Shown here: positions 10,361 through 18,664 of the stretch, one piece after another
How the letters are laid out: each line of letters begins with the position of its first letter
Numbering within the stretch: the stretch's first letter is position 1
From: Bacilli bacterium
GTDB taxonomy: Bacteria; Bacillota_I; Bacilli_A; ML615J-28; CAG-313
Assembly: GCA_045612145.1 (NCBI GenBank)
Contig: JAZKYN010000113.1
Location: forward strand, 1 to 44,234
Direction of reading: 5' to 3'
Length of the DNA stretch: 44,234 nt
The notes under the pieces: model-generated
Seen by the model: only the letters and a program-made list of their open reading frames with translations
Told to the model about the DNA's origin: nothing
The model's database searches: none
Made by a program: the position numbers and the translations under genes

Positions 10361-10924
10361 ATGGAACAAATTAGATTAGGAAGAAAAGTAAGAGTATCAG
10401 ATCCTTGTTATGGAACAGACGTATGGTGTGCAGGAACTCTTGATAATGTTAGAGAAGGACTTTATAATGTTGAAGTAGAAATGTCTGACAAAGGTATGTG
10501 GGGTGATAGAGTAAAATCATTAACTGTAGTTAATGCTAGTTATAATAAATTTTTAATCTTTAATAAAACAGCAGCTTTTGAAGTTGGTGTAGATAGCGGA
10601 CAAGCAGGAATTTATGATGAAGACTACTATAATCAATATCATACAGAAGACGGTTGTGATGATAATTGGTATGATGAAGTTTGTAAGTTAACTTTATCTA
10701 GTGAACAATTTGGTACTAAAGACGGAAAGTGTGTAGTTTCTAGTTCAGGTTATGGTGATGGTTGTTATATTTGTGAATTAGTAGTTGATGGGGGTGAAGT
10801 TGTTGCAATTCGTATTACTTTCATTGAAGAGGAAGAATATGATGAAGAAGACGAAGAAGACAATGATTGGTACTTATCTGAAGACGAATGGGAAGAAGAT
10901 GAGGAAGAATCTGACGAAGAATAA
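10361..10924 (+). CDS. DUF4241-like protein with an acidic tail
   Basis: VSDPCY, GVDSGQAG and SSGYGDGCY motifs; long D/E C-terminus. Confidence 0.7.
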   Translation: MEQIRLGRKVRVSDPCYGTDVWCAGTLDNVREGLYNVEVEMSDKGMWGDRVKSLTVVNASYNKFLIFNKTAAFEVGVDSGQAGIYDEDYYNQYHTEDGCDDNWYDEVCKLTLSSEQFGTKDGKCVVSSSGYGDGCYICELVVDGGEVVAIRITFIEEEEYDEEDEEDNDWYLSEDEWEEDEEESDEE

Positions 10925-11003
10925 GCACGTCAAAATAAACTTTACAAAAACAAATTAATTTGATATAATATAAATATAAGATACATACAGGAGGAAAAGA
11001 TTT

Positions 11004-11522
11004 ATGGGTTTAGATATGTATTTAGAAATTAGAAAGAACGAATATCGTTCAAAGTATCACAAAGATAAAGGAAGTAGACTTAAATTAGAATATCCAAAAG
11101 ATATTACTGAATTTATTCCTGAACCAGGAAAAGTTTGTACTATGTCAATTTCAAGAAAAACTAATTATCAAGTCGGTTATTGGAGAAAAGCAAATCACAT
11201 TCATAATTGGTTTATGGAAAATTGTGCGGACAGAGATGAATGTGGTGATCCAATCGACGACTGCAGACCAATTGAAATTACAGTAGACAAGTTAGAAGAA
11301 TTACTAGATGCTTGTAAGAAAGTATTAGCAGATCATTCTTTAGCAAGTTCATTACTTCCAACACAAAGTGGTTTCTTCTTTGGTTCAACAGACTATGATG
11401 AATATTATTTTGAAGATATTGAAAATACAATTGAAATCATCGAGCCAGTTATTAAGTTTGCAAAACATAAACTAGAAATTAAAGATTATGTTTGGGAAGT
11501 TTATTATCAAGCAAGTTGGTAG
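11004..11522 (+). CDS. Conserved phage protein (MGLDMYL / YWRKANHIHNWF / GFFFG type)
   Basis: Motifs typical of a widespread phage family of unknown function; promoter and RBS. Confidence 0.8.
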   Translation: MGLDMYLEIRKNEYRSKYHKDKGSRLKLEYPKDITEFIPEPGKVCTMSISRKTNYQVGYWRKANHIHNWFMENCADRDECGDPIDDCRPIEITVDKLEELLDACKKVLADHSLASSLLPTQSGFFFGSTDYDEYYFEDIENTIEIIEPVIKFAKHKLEIKDYVWEVYYQASW

Positions 11523-11609
11523 AAAAAATAAAAGTACGTCAGTTTGAGATGTACTTTTTTTATTTAAAATGTTATAATATATATGTAAGTTAATTAAGGG
11601 GGAATAAGT

Positions 11610-12260
11610 ATGAAAAGAATTAACATGACAAAATACGGTTTTATTAGAAATGAAAGGGAAGACTTCCACGACGATGGAAATAATTTTAAGGGTTATGCAA
11701 CAGGTCCTAATTCAAGATTAAGAATTAGTAAATTAGTTTCAGATGGAAGAGCTTACTTATCTGCAGATATGAATGGTTGTAAATTAGACTATACAGAATA
11801 TTCTAAACTTCCACATTATAAAGAGGCAACTTGGAACTATAATGGAATTGATATGGATTCACTAACTGATCAAGATTTAGTCAATTGGTATAATGCTTGT
11901 GTTGCTTATGAACAAGAATATATTGAAGCAGAGTCTAAAGTAGTATTTCCAACTATTGAAGAAATTAGAAATCAATGTTTTATACTTAATAAAATTCGTC
12001 AACAAGAAATTAAAGAAGTTGAAGAATTATTACAAAAAGCATCTTTAAATTTATTCTTAAAAGGAACATCTGATTATGAATTAAGAAGTATTAGAGACTA
12101 CTATAAAAATTTAACAAATCGTTTTTATAATCTTGATACATATCCACAATCAATTCAACATTCTAACTATGGAAGAAACTTTGTTAAAGATACTAATCCA
12201 GACATACAACCAAATTGGTATTATAAACAATTAGTTGAAATTTTAGAAAAATATTTATAA
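11610..12260 (+). CDS. Hypothetical early protein
   Basis: Promoter, AGGGGG RBS, ORF. Confidence 0.8.
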   Translation: MKRINMTKYGFIRNEREDFHDDGNNFKGYATGPNSRLRISKLVSDGRAYLSADMNGCKLDYTEYSKLPHYKEATWNYNGIDMDSLTDQDLVNWYNACVAYEQEYIEAESKVVFPTIEEIRNQCFILNKIRQQEIKEVEELLQKASLNLFLKGTSDYELRSIRDYYKNLTNRFYNLDTYPQSIQHSNYGRNFVKDTNPDIQPNWYYKQLVEILEKYL

Positions 12261-12359
12261 GAGATAAAGAAGTATAAAGACAAAAGTACGTCAATTTAAG
12301 ATGTACTTTTTCTTCTAAAAATGTTATAATATATATGTAAATAAATGGAGGAAGTAAAA

Positions 12360-12806
12360 ATGAAAAGAACATTTACATTTGGAAAAATTGATTATTATGG
12401 AAGAGGTCGTAAGCTTAATTTAGTTGAAGTAGACGTTGGTTTATCAGACAAAGGAGTCTTTACTGCATCAGCAACTATTTGGAATTCTAAAAAGACAGAT
12501 TGTGTTTGTGCTGGACAATGTTTAGATGAAGTTGCTAAATATGTTAAGTCAGATAAGTTTAAAAAGATTCACAGACTTTGGAAACAATATCACTTAAATG
12601 ATATGCATCCAGGAACTGAAAAACAAGAAGCAGCACTAATTGAAGTAGGATTAACCGGATTTGCATCAGACTACAGAAAGTGTTGTAATTATTTAGAATC
12701 GATCGGGTTATTAGTAGATGATGGATATAAGTTTGGAACTGCTTGGTTAAAAAGAGATATTCCAGTAGAAGATATTGCAGAAATTGAAAGACTATTAACT
12801 GAATAA
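12360..12806 (+). CDS. Hypothetical early phage protein
   Basis: GGAGG RBS favours ATG 12360; AGQCLD...WKQYHLNDMHPG. Confidence 0.8.
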   Translation: MKRTFTFGKIDYYGRGRKLNLVEVDVGLSDKGVFTASATIWNSKKTDCVCAGQCLDEVAKYVKSDKFKKIHRLWKQYHLNDMHPGTEKQEAALIEVGLTGFASDYRKCCNYLESIGLLVDDGYKFGTAWLKRDIPVEDIAEIERLLTE

Positions 12807-12903
12807 AAGATAAAAAAATGTAAACTTACGTCAAATTTGAGTTTACATTTTTTACCACTTATGATATAATTATAATGTAAGTTAAGTAAGGGAGGAAAAA
12901 CTT

Positions 12904-13653
12904 ATGAATAAAAATTACTTTTACAAAACAGGCTTAGATATTACAAATGCAAAACAAATGTTTGAATTCTTAAGAGGTCACTATATGTATGATACAATGA
13001 ATAGTTGGAACGGTCTTAAGTCAATTGCAAATAATGTTAAAATCTATAATTTAAATTTAGATGGAGATCATTGGAACGCACTTGCATATCTTCAAGATGA
13101 TGAATACTTTAATATTAATATGATGATTGAAGATTGGGAAGCAGATCATCCAGGTTATGAAGTAGGATTCAACGGTAGATCAGGTGGATATTTAGTATTA
13201 TGTAATAAACATAATAACAGAAATATTTTACCAGATGAAATTATTTACTTTGATAATTATGAAGACTTTAAATCTAACTTAAAAGCATGGTGGGGTGGAG
13301 TTAAATACTTTATGAATGACTTAAGATTCTATACTAAGTTAGTTCAAGACTTCGATAAGTTATGTGATGAGATCAGAAATTATGTTAATGAATTATCACT
13401 AAGAAGTTTTACAGATGACAAGATTGAAGTTTTATTAGATGACTTCGCTTATGACTATAAAGATGATTTAGGTTATGCTGGTTTAGATATTCCTGACTTA
13501 ATAGAAAGTAATACTAAAGAAATTCTTTTAAGTATTGATCCTGAAATGAGAAAGTGGAGATCACTTATGGACTGTTTCTTTAATACACTTAGAACAGACT
13601 ACTGGTCAATCATCGACGATGGGTCAACTATTATTAAGTTGGCTCTTCGTTAA
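12904..13653 (+). CDS. Hypothetical early protein
   Basis: Promoter, GGAGG RBS; GFNGRSGGYLVL motif; 7 Trp, all TGG. Confidence 0.8.
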   Translation: MNKNYFYKTGLDITNAKQMFEFLRGHYMYDTMNSWNGLKSIANNVKIYNLNLDGDHWNALAYLQDDEYFNINMMIEDWEADHPGYEVGFNGRSGGYLVLCNKHNNRNILPDEIIYFDNYEDFKSNLKAWWGGVKYFMNDLRFYTKLVQDFDKLCDEIRNYVNELSLRSFTDDKIEVLLDDFAYDYKDDLGYAGLDIPDLIESNTKEILLSIDPEMRKWRSLMDCFFNTLRTDYWSIIDDGSTIIKLALR

Positions 13654-13730
13654 AAAACACGTCAATTTCGACTTTACTTAATTATATAAAAATGTTATAA
13701 TTATAATGTAAATAAACGGAGGAACTATTT

Positions 13731-14054
13731 ATGAAAATTATTACAGTTGAAACAAAAGAACAATTACAAGAATTGTATGATGCTTGGGCAATGACTTGGG
13801 AAGGTCTTAGAGAACAAGACTATGAAATTGCTTTAAAAGAATGTGGTCAAGAAGACGCAGACGGTTATGTTATTAAAGGTTCAGTTATGAATAAGTTATG
13901 TAAATTAACTGGAGACAACGCTTATCCAGAAGATTTAAATATCTTTAGTATCGCTAAGTTTAGAGGTTTAGCAATTCATTATGGTGCTAGATGGATGACT
14001 GATATTATTGATAATAATGCTCGTCGTGAAAAAGGACATCATCCATTTAAATAG
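13731..14054 (+). CDS. Hypothetical early protein
   Basis: Promoter, GGAGG RBS, ORF. Confidence 0.8.
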   Translation: MKIITVETKEQLQELYDAWAMTWEGLREQDYEIALKECGQEDADGYVIKGSVMNKLCKLTGDNAYPEDLNIFSIAKFRGLAIHYGARWMTDIIDNNARREKGHHPFK

Positions 14055-14129
14055 CACGTCAGTATCTAATTTACAAATTTTACCAAATATTATATAATTA
14101 TATTGTAAGAAATCAAGGAGGATTTAATT

Positions 14130-14399
14130 ATGGAATATAAACATATTAATGATTGTTGGGCTGCAATTAGAGAAGCAAAAACAATTTATGAAGTACATAA
14201 GTTATTTGACCAATTTCCACGTTGGTCAGGTGATTGGGATGTTGTAATTGAAGATGATCATTATGTAGTCTATAATACTTACTTTGATTCACAATATGAT
14301 GAGTTTGATACAGACTTTGAAATATTAGATATTGAAGTAGAAGAAGACGAAGACGATCGTTCAGAACTTCCGTGGGACTACGGTAAACACTTTGAATAA
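14130..14399 (+). CDS. Acidic hypothetical early protein
   Basis: Promoter, AGGAGG RBS, ORF. Confidence 0.8.
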   Translation: MEYKHINDCWAAIREAKTIYEVHKLFDQFPRWSGDWDVVIEDDHYVVYNTYFDSQYDEFDTDFEILDIEVEEDEDDRSELPWDYGKHFE

Positions 14400-14411
14400 G
14401 GAGGCTTGAGT

Positions 14412-14780
14412 ATGTTAACTAAAGAAGAAAAACAAGATAAAGTTTTAGAGCAAATTATTAGAGAAACTGAAAAAGCCATCTTAGACAGTATTCCCGATTC
14501 TGAAATTGATGATAGAGATAAAATACCTAGTTATCAAGTATGGGTCTTTGGTTTAGATGCTGAAGATGAAATCATCACTGAAAACTTTATGTGTAGCTTT
14601 GACAAACCAGAACTTGCAATAGCTAAAGCAGAAGTATTTGCTGAAGCATTTAGAATGGGCATTGTTAATAAAGAAGATGAAAACATTACTAAGTATCAAA
14701 TCTTAGTAGAAACAGTTATTGACTTTGGTGATTATGAAGAAAACATTCAATCAATTTATGATGAAACAATTGAAATTTAA
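14412..14780 (+). CDS. Acidic hypothetical early protein
   Basis: AGGAGG RBS favours ATG 14412. Confidence 0.75.
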   Translation: MLTKEEKQDKVLEQIIRETEKAILDSIPDSEIDDRDKIPSYQVWVFGLDAEDEIITENFMCSFDKPELAIAKAEVFAEAFRMGIVNKEDENITKYQILVETVIDFGDYEENIQSIYDETIEI

Positions 14781-14860
14781 TTGCACGTCAGTTGAAGCTG
14801 TACTTAATAAATAAAATATTATATAATTAAAATGTAAAAATTAAACGGAGGAAAACATTT

Positions 14861-15175
14861 ATGAGAAAATCAAAATACTTAAACAAAACATTCGGAAATT
14901 GGACATGCACACACGTTGGTGTAGCAAGAAAGCAACCTGTATTTTTAGCAGGTACTAGAAAGAATTCTAAGCGTCCACACCATCAAACTTATTACTACAT
15001 TTTCGAAAGACCAACATCAGACGGTAAAGCGGACAAATTAGTTCGTTTAAGTGCTGGACAAGCTGCTATGGTATATCGTGGTTTATTATCTGTAGAAGAA
15101 GTAGCAGATACAAGACAAGAAAGAGGTGCTGGTGCATTTAAAGAAAAAGTTAGTTATCACTTTTATAATAACTAA
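14861..15175 (+). CDS. Basic hypothetical protein
   Basis: Promoter, GGAGG RBS; first gene of the sigma/initiator operon. Confidence 0.8.
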   Translation: MRKSKYLNKTFGNWTCTHVGVARKQPVFLAGTRKNSKRPHHQTYYYIFERPTSDGKADKLVRLSAGQAAMVYRGLLSVEEVADTRQERGAGAFKEKVSYHFYNN

Positions 15176-15198
15176 TTAAGTAGTAGGGGTGAGTAAGT

Positions 15199-16086
15199 AT
15201 GTTAAAGCAGACATTTAATACATTTAAATCTTGGGCTGAAACATTAAAATATGAAGATGGAGTTGATTACACTGAATCAGGCAGAGAAGTAATCCAACTT
15301 ATGATGGATAGATATTGTGAAGCTAAAGATAATAATGATTCAAAAAATAAAAATAAATACATCGCAGGAATTATGTTAAGATTCTGGCACGTAATTAATA
15401 AACTAAAAGAAAAAAGTCCGATTCAAGGTTTAGACTATTCAGACTACTTCTCTTGGTTATACGAAGCTATTGAATATGCTTGTAAGTATAGAGCATGGCA
15501 AAATCCTGAAAAGAAAACTAATGCACAACAATGTATTAATCAATGTATTGAAACAATTCGTTTACAAAAATATTATGATTTAAACTTACAAAAGAATAAA
15601 TCAAATGTTAATACATACTCTTTAGAAGCAGAACTTAGCGACGACGGTAGAACTACTTTATTAGATACTTTAGTTGATGAAGAAGCTTTAGAAAAAGAAC
15701 GTTTAGAATCAGGTGCAAGTGTAGCAATTGATTTAATTCAAACTTGTATTAATAAAAAGAAAATTGTAGAAGCAATTATTTTAGATACTATTGCATTTAA
15801 TGATGTACAAAAAGTTGAAAAAGAAGTTATTAAAGTTGTAGATGAAGAAGGCAAGACACACAGACACGTTAAACACACAAGTGAGTTTTGGCCATATAAG
15901 TGTGTACAAATTTTAAGTAATTTGCCTGAAGATTATGCTGACTACTTCTGCACACATTATAGAGTTGTAGTACAAGAACTTGAAGCAGCTTTAGGTGCAA
16001 TTAGAAAAGCAAACAATCAAAAATTATACAAGTATTTAAATTCTTGTTTAGAGAGTACTAAGCAATTAGCAGTTGATTTTGCTTAG
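15199..16086 (+). CDS. Putative phage RNA polymerase sigma-like factor
   Basis: Region-2-like DYFSWLYEAIEYACKY and region-3-like YSLEAELSDDGRTTLLDTLVD; 295 aa. Confidence 0.6.
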   Translation: MLKQTFNTFKSWAETLKYEDGVDYTESGREVIQLMMDRYCEAKDNNDSKNKNKYIAGIMLRFWHVINKLKEKSPIQGLDYSDYFSWLYEAIEYACKYRAWQNPEKKTNAQQCINQCIETIRLQKYYDLNLQKNKSNVNTYSLEAELSDDGRTTLLDTLVDEEALEKERLESGASVAIDLIQTCINKKKIVEAIILDTIAFNDVQKVEKEVIKVVDEEGKTHRHVKHTSEFWPYKCVQILSNLPEDYADYFCTHYRVVVQELEAALGAIRKANNQKLYKYLNSCLESTKQLAVDFA

Positions 16087-16119
16087 TCTTTCTTCTTATT
16101 TAAAAGAGGAGGTCTATTT

Positions 16120-16845
16120 ATGTTATTAGATATTATGAGTCCATATAGTTATCTGCAAGTTAATACGAAGATGATTAGTATTTTCGGTCTAAACGTGGCG
16201 GCTTATTGGGCGGAACTATTAAATATTTATCCACGAGTAATCAAAAAGAAAAAAGATGAAGTAATTCAAGCTAATGGTTACTTTACTATTGATAGGGAAT
16301 ACATCAGACAAAGAACATCTTTAGATCTTTCTGAGCAAACTAAGTGCGATAAAGTGTTAGTAAACATTGGTGTGCTTTCAATAGATGAAATTGATCCAAA
16401 CAAGATCTGTATTTCACTAAATGCAATGTTCGAAATACTATCAGAAGATGATACAGAAGCAATTGTAGCAATTCAAAAGAAAGCAAAAGCTAAGAAGTCT
16501 ACTACTAAAGCGACTAAACAAGATATGATTAAATTTAATCTAAAGAAAGCTATTAGAGACACAGACGAAGAAGTAAAGAATGCATATTATAATTGGATTG
16601 ATTCGATTATGGATGGTAGAAATTTCTTAACAAAGCAAGTTGTAGAAATTTTTGAATCTACAGTGCAAGCTTTCTCTACATCTAAAGTAGTTAGACTAAA
16701 ATTAATTGAAATCGCAACAGTTCACAATTATAGAGATGCTAACTGGGCAATTAATATTTACAATAAAGATTGTAAGAAGCCCGGAACATTCATTGGAGTT
16801 GAACAAAAACAAAACGTCGGAATTGATCCGAATTCAGTTTTCTAA
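16120..16845 (+). CDS. Putative replication initiator / winged-helix DNA-binding protein
   Basis: N-terminus VNTKMISIFGLNVAAYWAELL...GYFTIDREYIRQRTSL..SEQTKCDKVL resembles phage replisome-organiser wHTH domains. Confidence 0.55.
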   Translation: MLLDIMSPYSYLQVNTKMISIFGLNVAAYWAELLNIYPRVIKKKKDEVIQANGYFTIDREYIRQRTSLDLSEQTKCDKVLVNIGVLSIDEIDPNKICISLNAMFEILSEDDTEAIVAIQKKAKAKKSTTKATKQDMIKFNLKKAIRDTDEEVKNAYYNWIDSIMDGRNFLTKQVVEIFESTVQAFSTSKVVRLKLIEIATVHNYRDANWAINIYNKDCKKPGTFIGVEQKQNVGIDPNSVF

Positions 16846-16896
16846 AAATTGAAAACAAACTAATTTAAAACACACCACGGAGGATTTTAAGAGCTT

Positions 16897-17178
16897 ATGG
16901 GACACGTTAATACACAACTAGATAATTTATATACCTTTATTAAAAACGTCGCGTATAAAGGCGAATTACAAACCAAATTGAATGAGATTGAAATAGAGCT
17001 AGAAAGACTTGATCAACAAATCGAACAATTTGATAGACTTGGTTTGGAACCCTTTGTAGACTTTTTAACAGAAGATAGAAATAGACTTAATTTAGAACGA
17101 ATTCAGATCAATTTGAAATTAATTGAAGTTGAAAAAGAATTATTAGTATTTGAGTTTGAAGCGGCAACACGAGATTAA
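16897..17178 (+). CDS. Coiled-coil hypothetical protein
   Basis: GGAGG RBS; heptad Leu pattern. Confidence 0.75.
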   Translation: MGHVNTQLDNLYTFIKNVAYKGELQTKLNEIEIELERLDQQIEQFDRLGLEPFVDFLTEDRNRLNLERIQINLKLIEVEKELLVFEFEAATRD

Positions 17179-17294
17179 TTTTAAAATAAGTTAAAAATAA
17201 TTGGCTAAATTAAAAGTTCGAATAAACTGTACCTTATAATTAATCTTGACCGCGAAAGTCGTTAAACTAGACATTGATTATAAGGAGAATATAA

Positions 17295-17507
17295 ATGTAT
17301 AACTATTTTACACACAATTATTCTTTCGCTGTAACAGGATTAGGAAAAACAGTTAGCAAGACATTCCCTTCTAGATATGCTGCAAATGAGTATATGTATA
17401 AGATGTGTCACAGACATGGACTTAAAATTGAAGAAGTTTGGGATGATAAGCATGACAAAACTTATATCTGTAATAAAGGTGTAACATTCTATATCCACAG
17501 AATCTAG
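17295..17507 (+). CDS. Hypothetical protein
   Basis: AAGGAG RBS; downstream of a GCTAAATT motif. Confidence 0.75.
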   Translation: MYNYFTHNYSFAVTGLGKTVSKTFPSRYAANEYMYKMCHRHGLKIEEVWDDKHDKTYICNKGVTFYIHRI

Positions 17508-17614
17508 TGAAAAGAATCCCCTCGTGGAAAAGCTATTAACCACGGTCATCAAAACAAATAGCAAAACTTTAATGAAAATAGTTAAAATTTTATTTTGACT
17601 ATTGTATAATATAA

Positions 17615-17820
17615 TGTAAGTCGGAAACGATTTACAACCCACCTCCTTTCACGAAGATACTCCTCCGTATCTTCCACACCAGTATCCACCAAACTAACAC
17701 CCCCTTTCTTTCACCTCCTTTTGGATACGAAAACTTTATAATAAGATGGCAAGTTTGGTTAGCGTCATCAACTCCCTTTCTTTTTTTTGTTGGATATGCT
17801 GAATAAGCATATCTTTTTTT
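17615..17820 (+). ncRNA. Putative ~205-nt small RNA with five anti-Shine-Dalgarno motifs
   Basis: TATAAT at 17605; 5' hairpin TGTAAGTCG-GAAA-CGATTTACA; CACCTCCTTTC 17640, TCCTCC loop 17661, CACCCCCTTTCT 17698, TCACCTCCTTTT 17711, ACTCCCTTTCT 17771; terminator 17793-17820. Confidence 0.8.
17793..17820 (+). terminator. Intrinsic terminator
   Basis: GATATGCT-GAATA-AGCATATC followed by T7. Confidence 0.85.
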
Positions 17821-17861
17821 ATTATCGTATAATATAATAGACTACCTATGGGGGATTTTTT

Positions 17862-18308
17862 ATGTGAGATTTTAACTTCAATCAAGAAGATCAAATAAGT
17901 AAAGAACAACAAGAAGAACTGTTTACTACTTTAGTACAGAAAGCACTAAAAGGAGAACAGTCCGAATTCAGATTCATCGTTTGCTGACAAGACAGAAATG
18001 TTGTTAGAGAATATATTAGAGGAACTACAGCAACTGTTCAGATGTTTAATAATTTAATCACTAATCTTACAAAAGTATATGTAGATCAGATCGAGAAGAA
18101 CACACAGGATTTGGGGATTATGTTATCACTAAAACAATTCTATACTTGTAAGGATTATTATCAAAAAGAAAGAGAAATTGCCGAAGATATGTTAGACGAA
18201 TACAGATCATACATTTTCGGAGGGCATGTCTGAGATACTTTAGTGGGAAATACAAGAAAGGAAGAAGATATGGTAGATTATCGAACTCTACCTGTCAAGT
18301 GATTCTAA
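17862..18308 (+). CDS. Hypothetical protein, 148 aa (TGA=Trp at 17865, 17985, 18231, 18300)
   Basis: TATAAT and GGGGG RBS upstream; one frame fills the gap to TAA 1 nt before the next ATG. Confidence 0.75.
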
Positions 18309-18309
18309 T

Positions 18310-18540
18310 ATGGAAAGTAATTTAACTACACTATTTACACTATATGCTGAACAAGAAGAAGCGCCGATCGTCGAACTACAGGATATTAATCACAAACCTG
18401 TCGGTGCACTATACTTAAACCGATTTAAGGATAAATCACAAATGGTGATCAGCGAAACAAACAATACAGAGAGATATTATTTCTACTGTGATGGAGTAGC
18501 AATCTTCTTTAGTTTCTGAAAAAAATTAAATTCAAAATAG
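18310..18540 (+). CDS. Hypothetical protein, 76 aa (TGA=Trp at 18517)
   Basis: Track ORF extended through TGA to TAG 18538-18540. Confidence 0.65.
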
Positions 18541-18664
18541 GTCGTTTTCAATCTTAAATATTGTATAATATATTAGGGTAACCTAGTATATTTTTTTATA
18601 TAAAATTTGCTAAATTAAATACCCCCACATTGAAGGGATAATATATATTTGGAGGTAAACAATC

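Larger units (their letters stand above)
7832..14827 (+). promoter_or_regulatory. Array 1 of ACGTCR-N8-(-35)-N17-TATAAT promoters (12 copies)
   Basis: ACGTCR at 7832, 8093, 8553, 9375, 10289, 10927, 11536, 12288, 12828, 13659, 14056, 14785, each with invariant spacing to TTTACW/TGTACT and TATAAT. Confidence 0.9.

Noticed and set aside
17340-17660. Anti-SD motifs read as RBSs for a minus-strand gene (track ORF 17340..17642)
   Set aside because: Five motifs sit in hairpin loops between a + strand promoter and a + strand terminator; the minus ORF starts inside one motif and overlaps a good + strand gene
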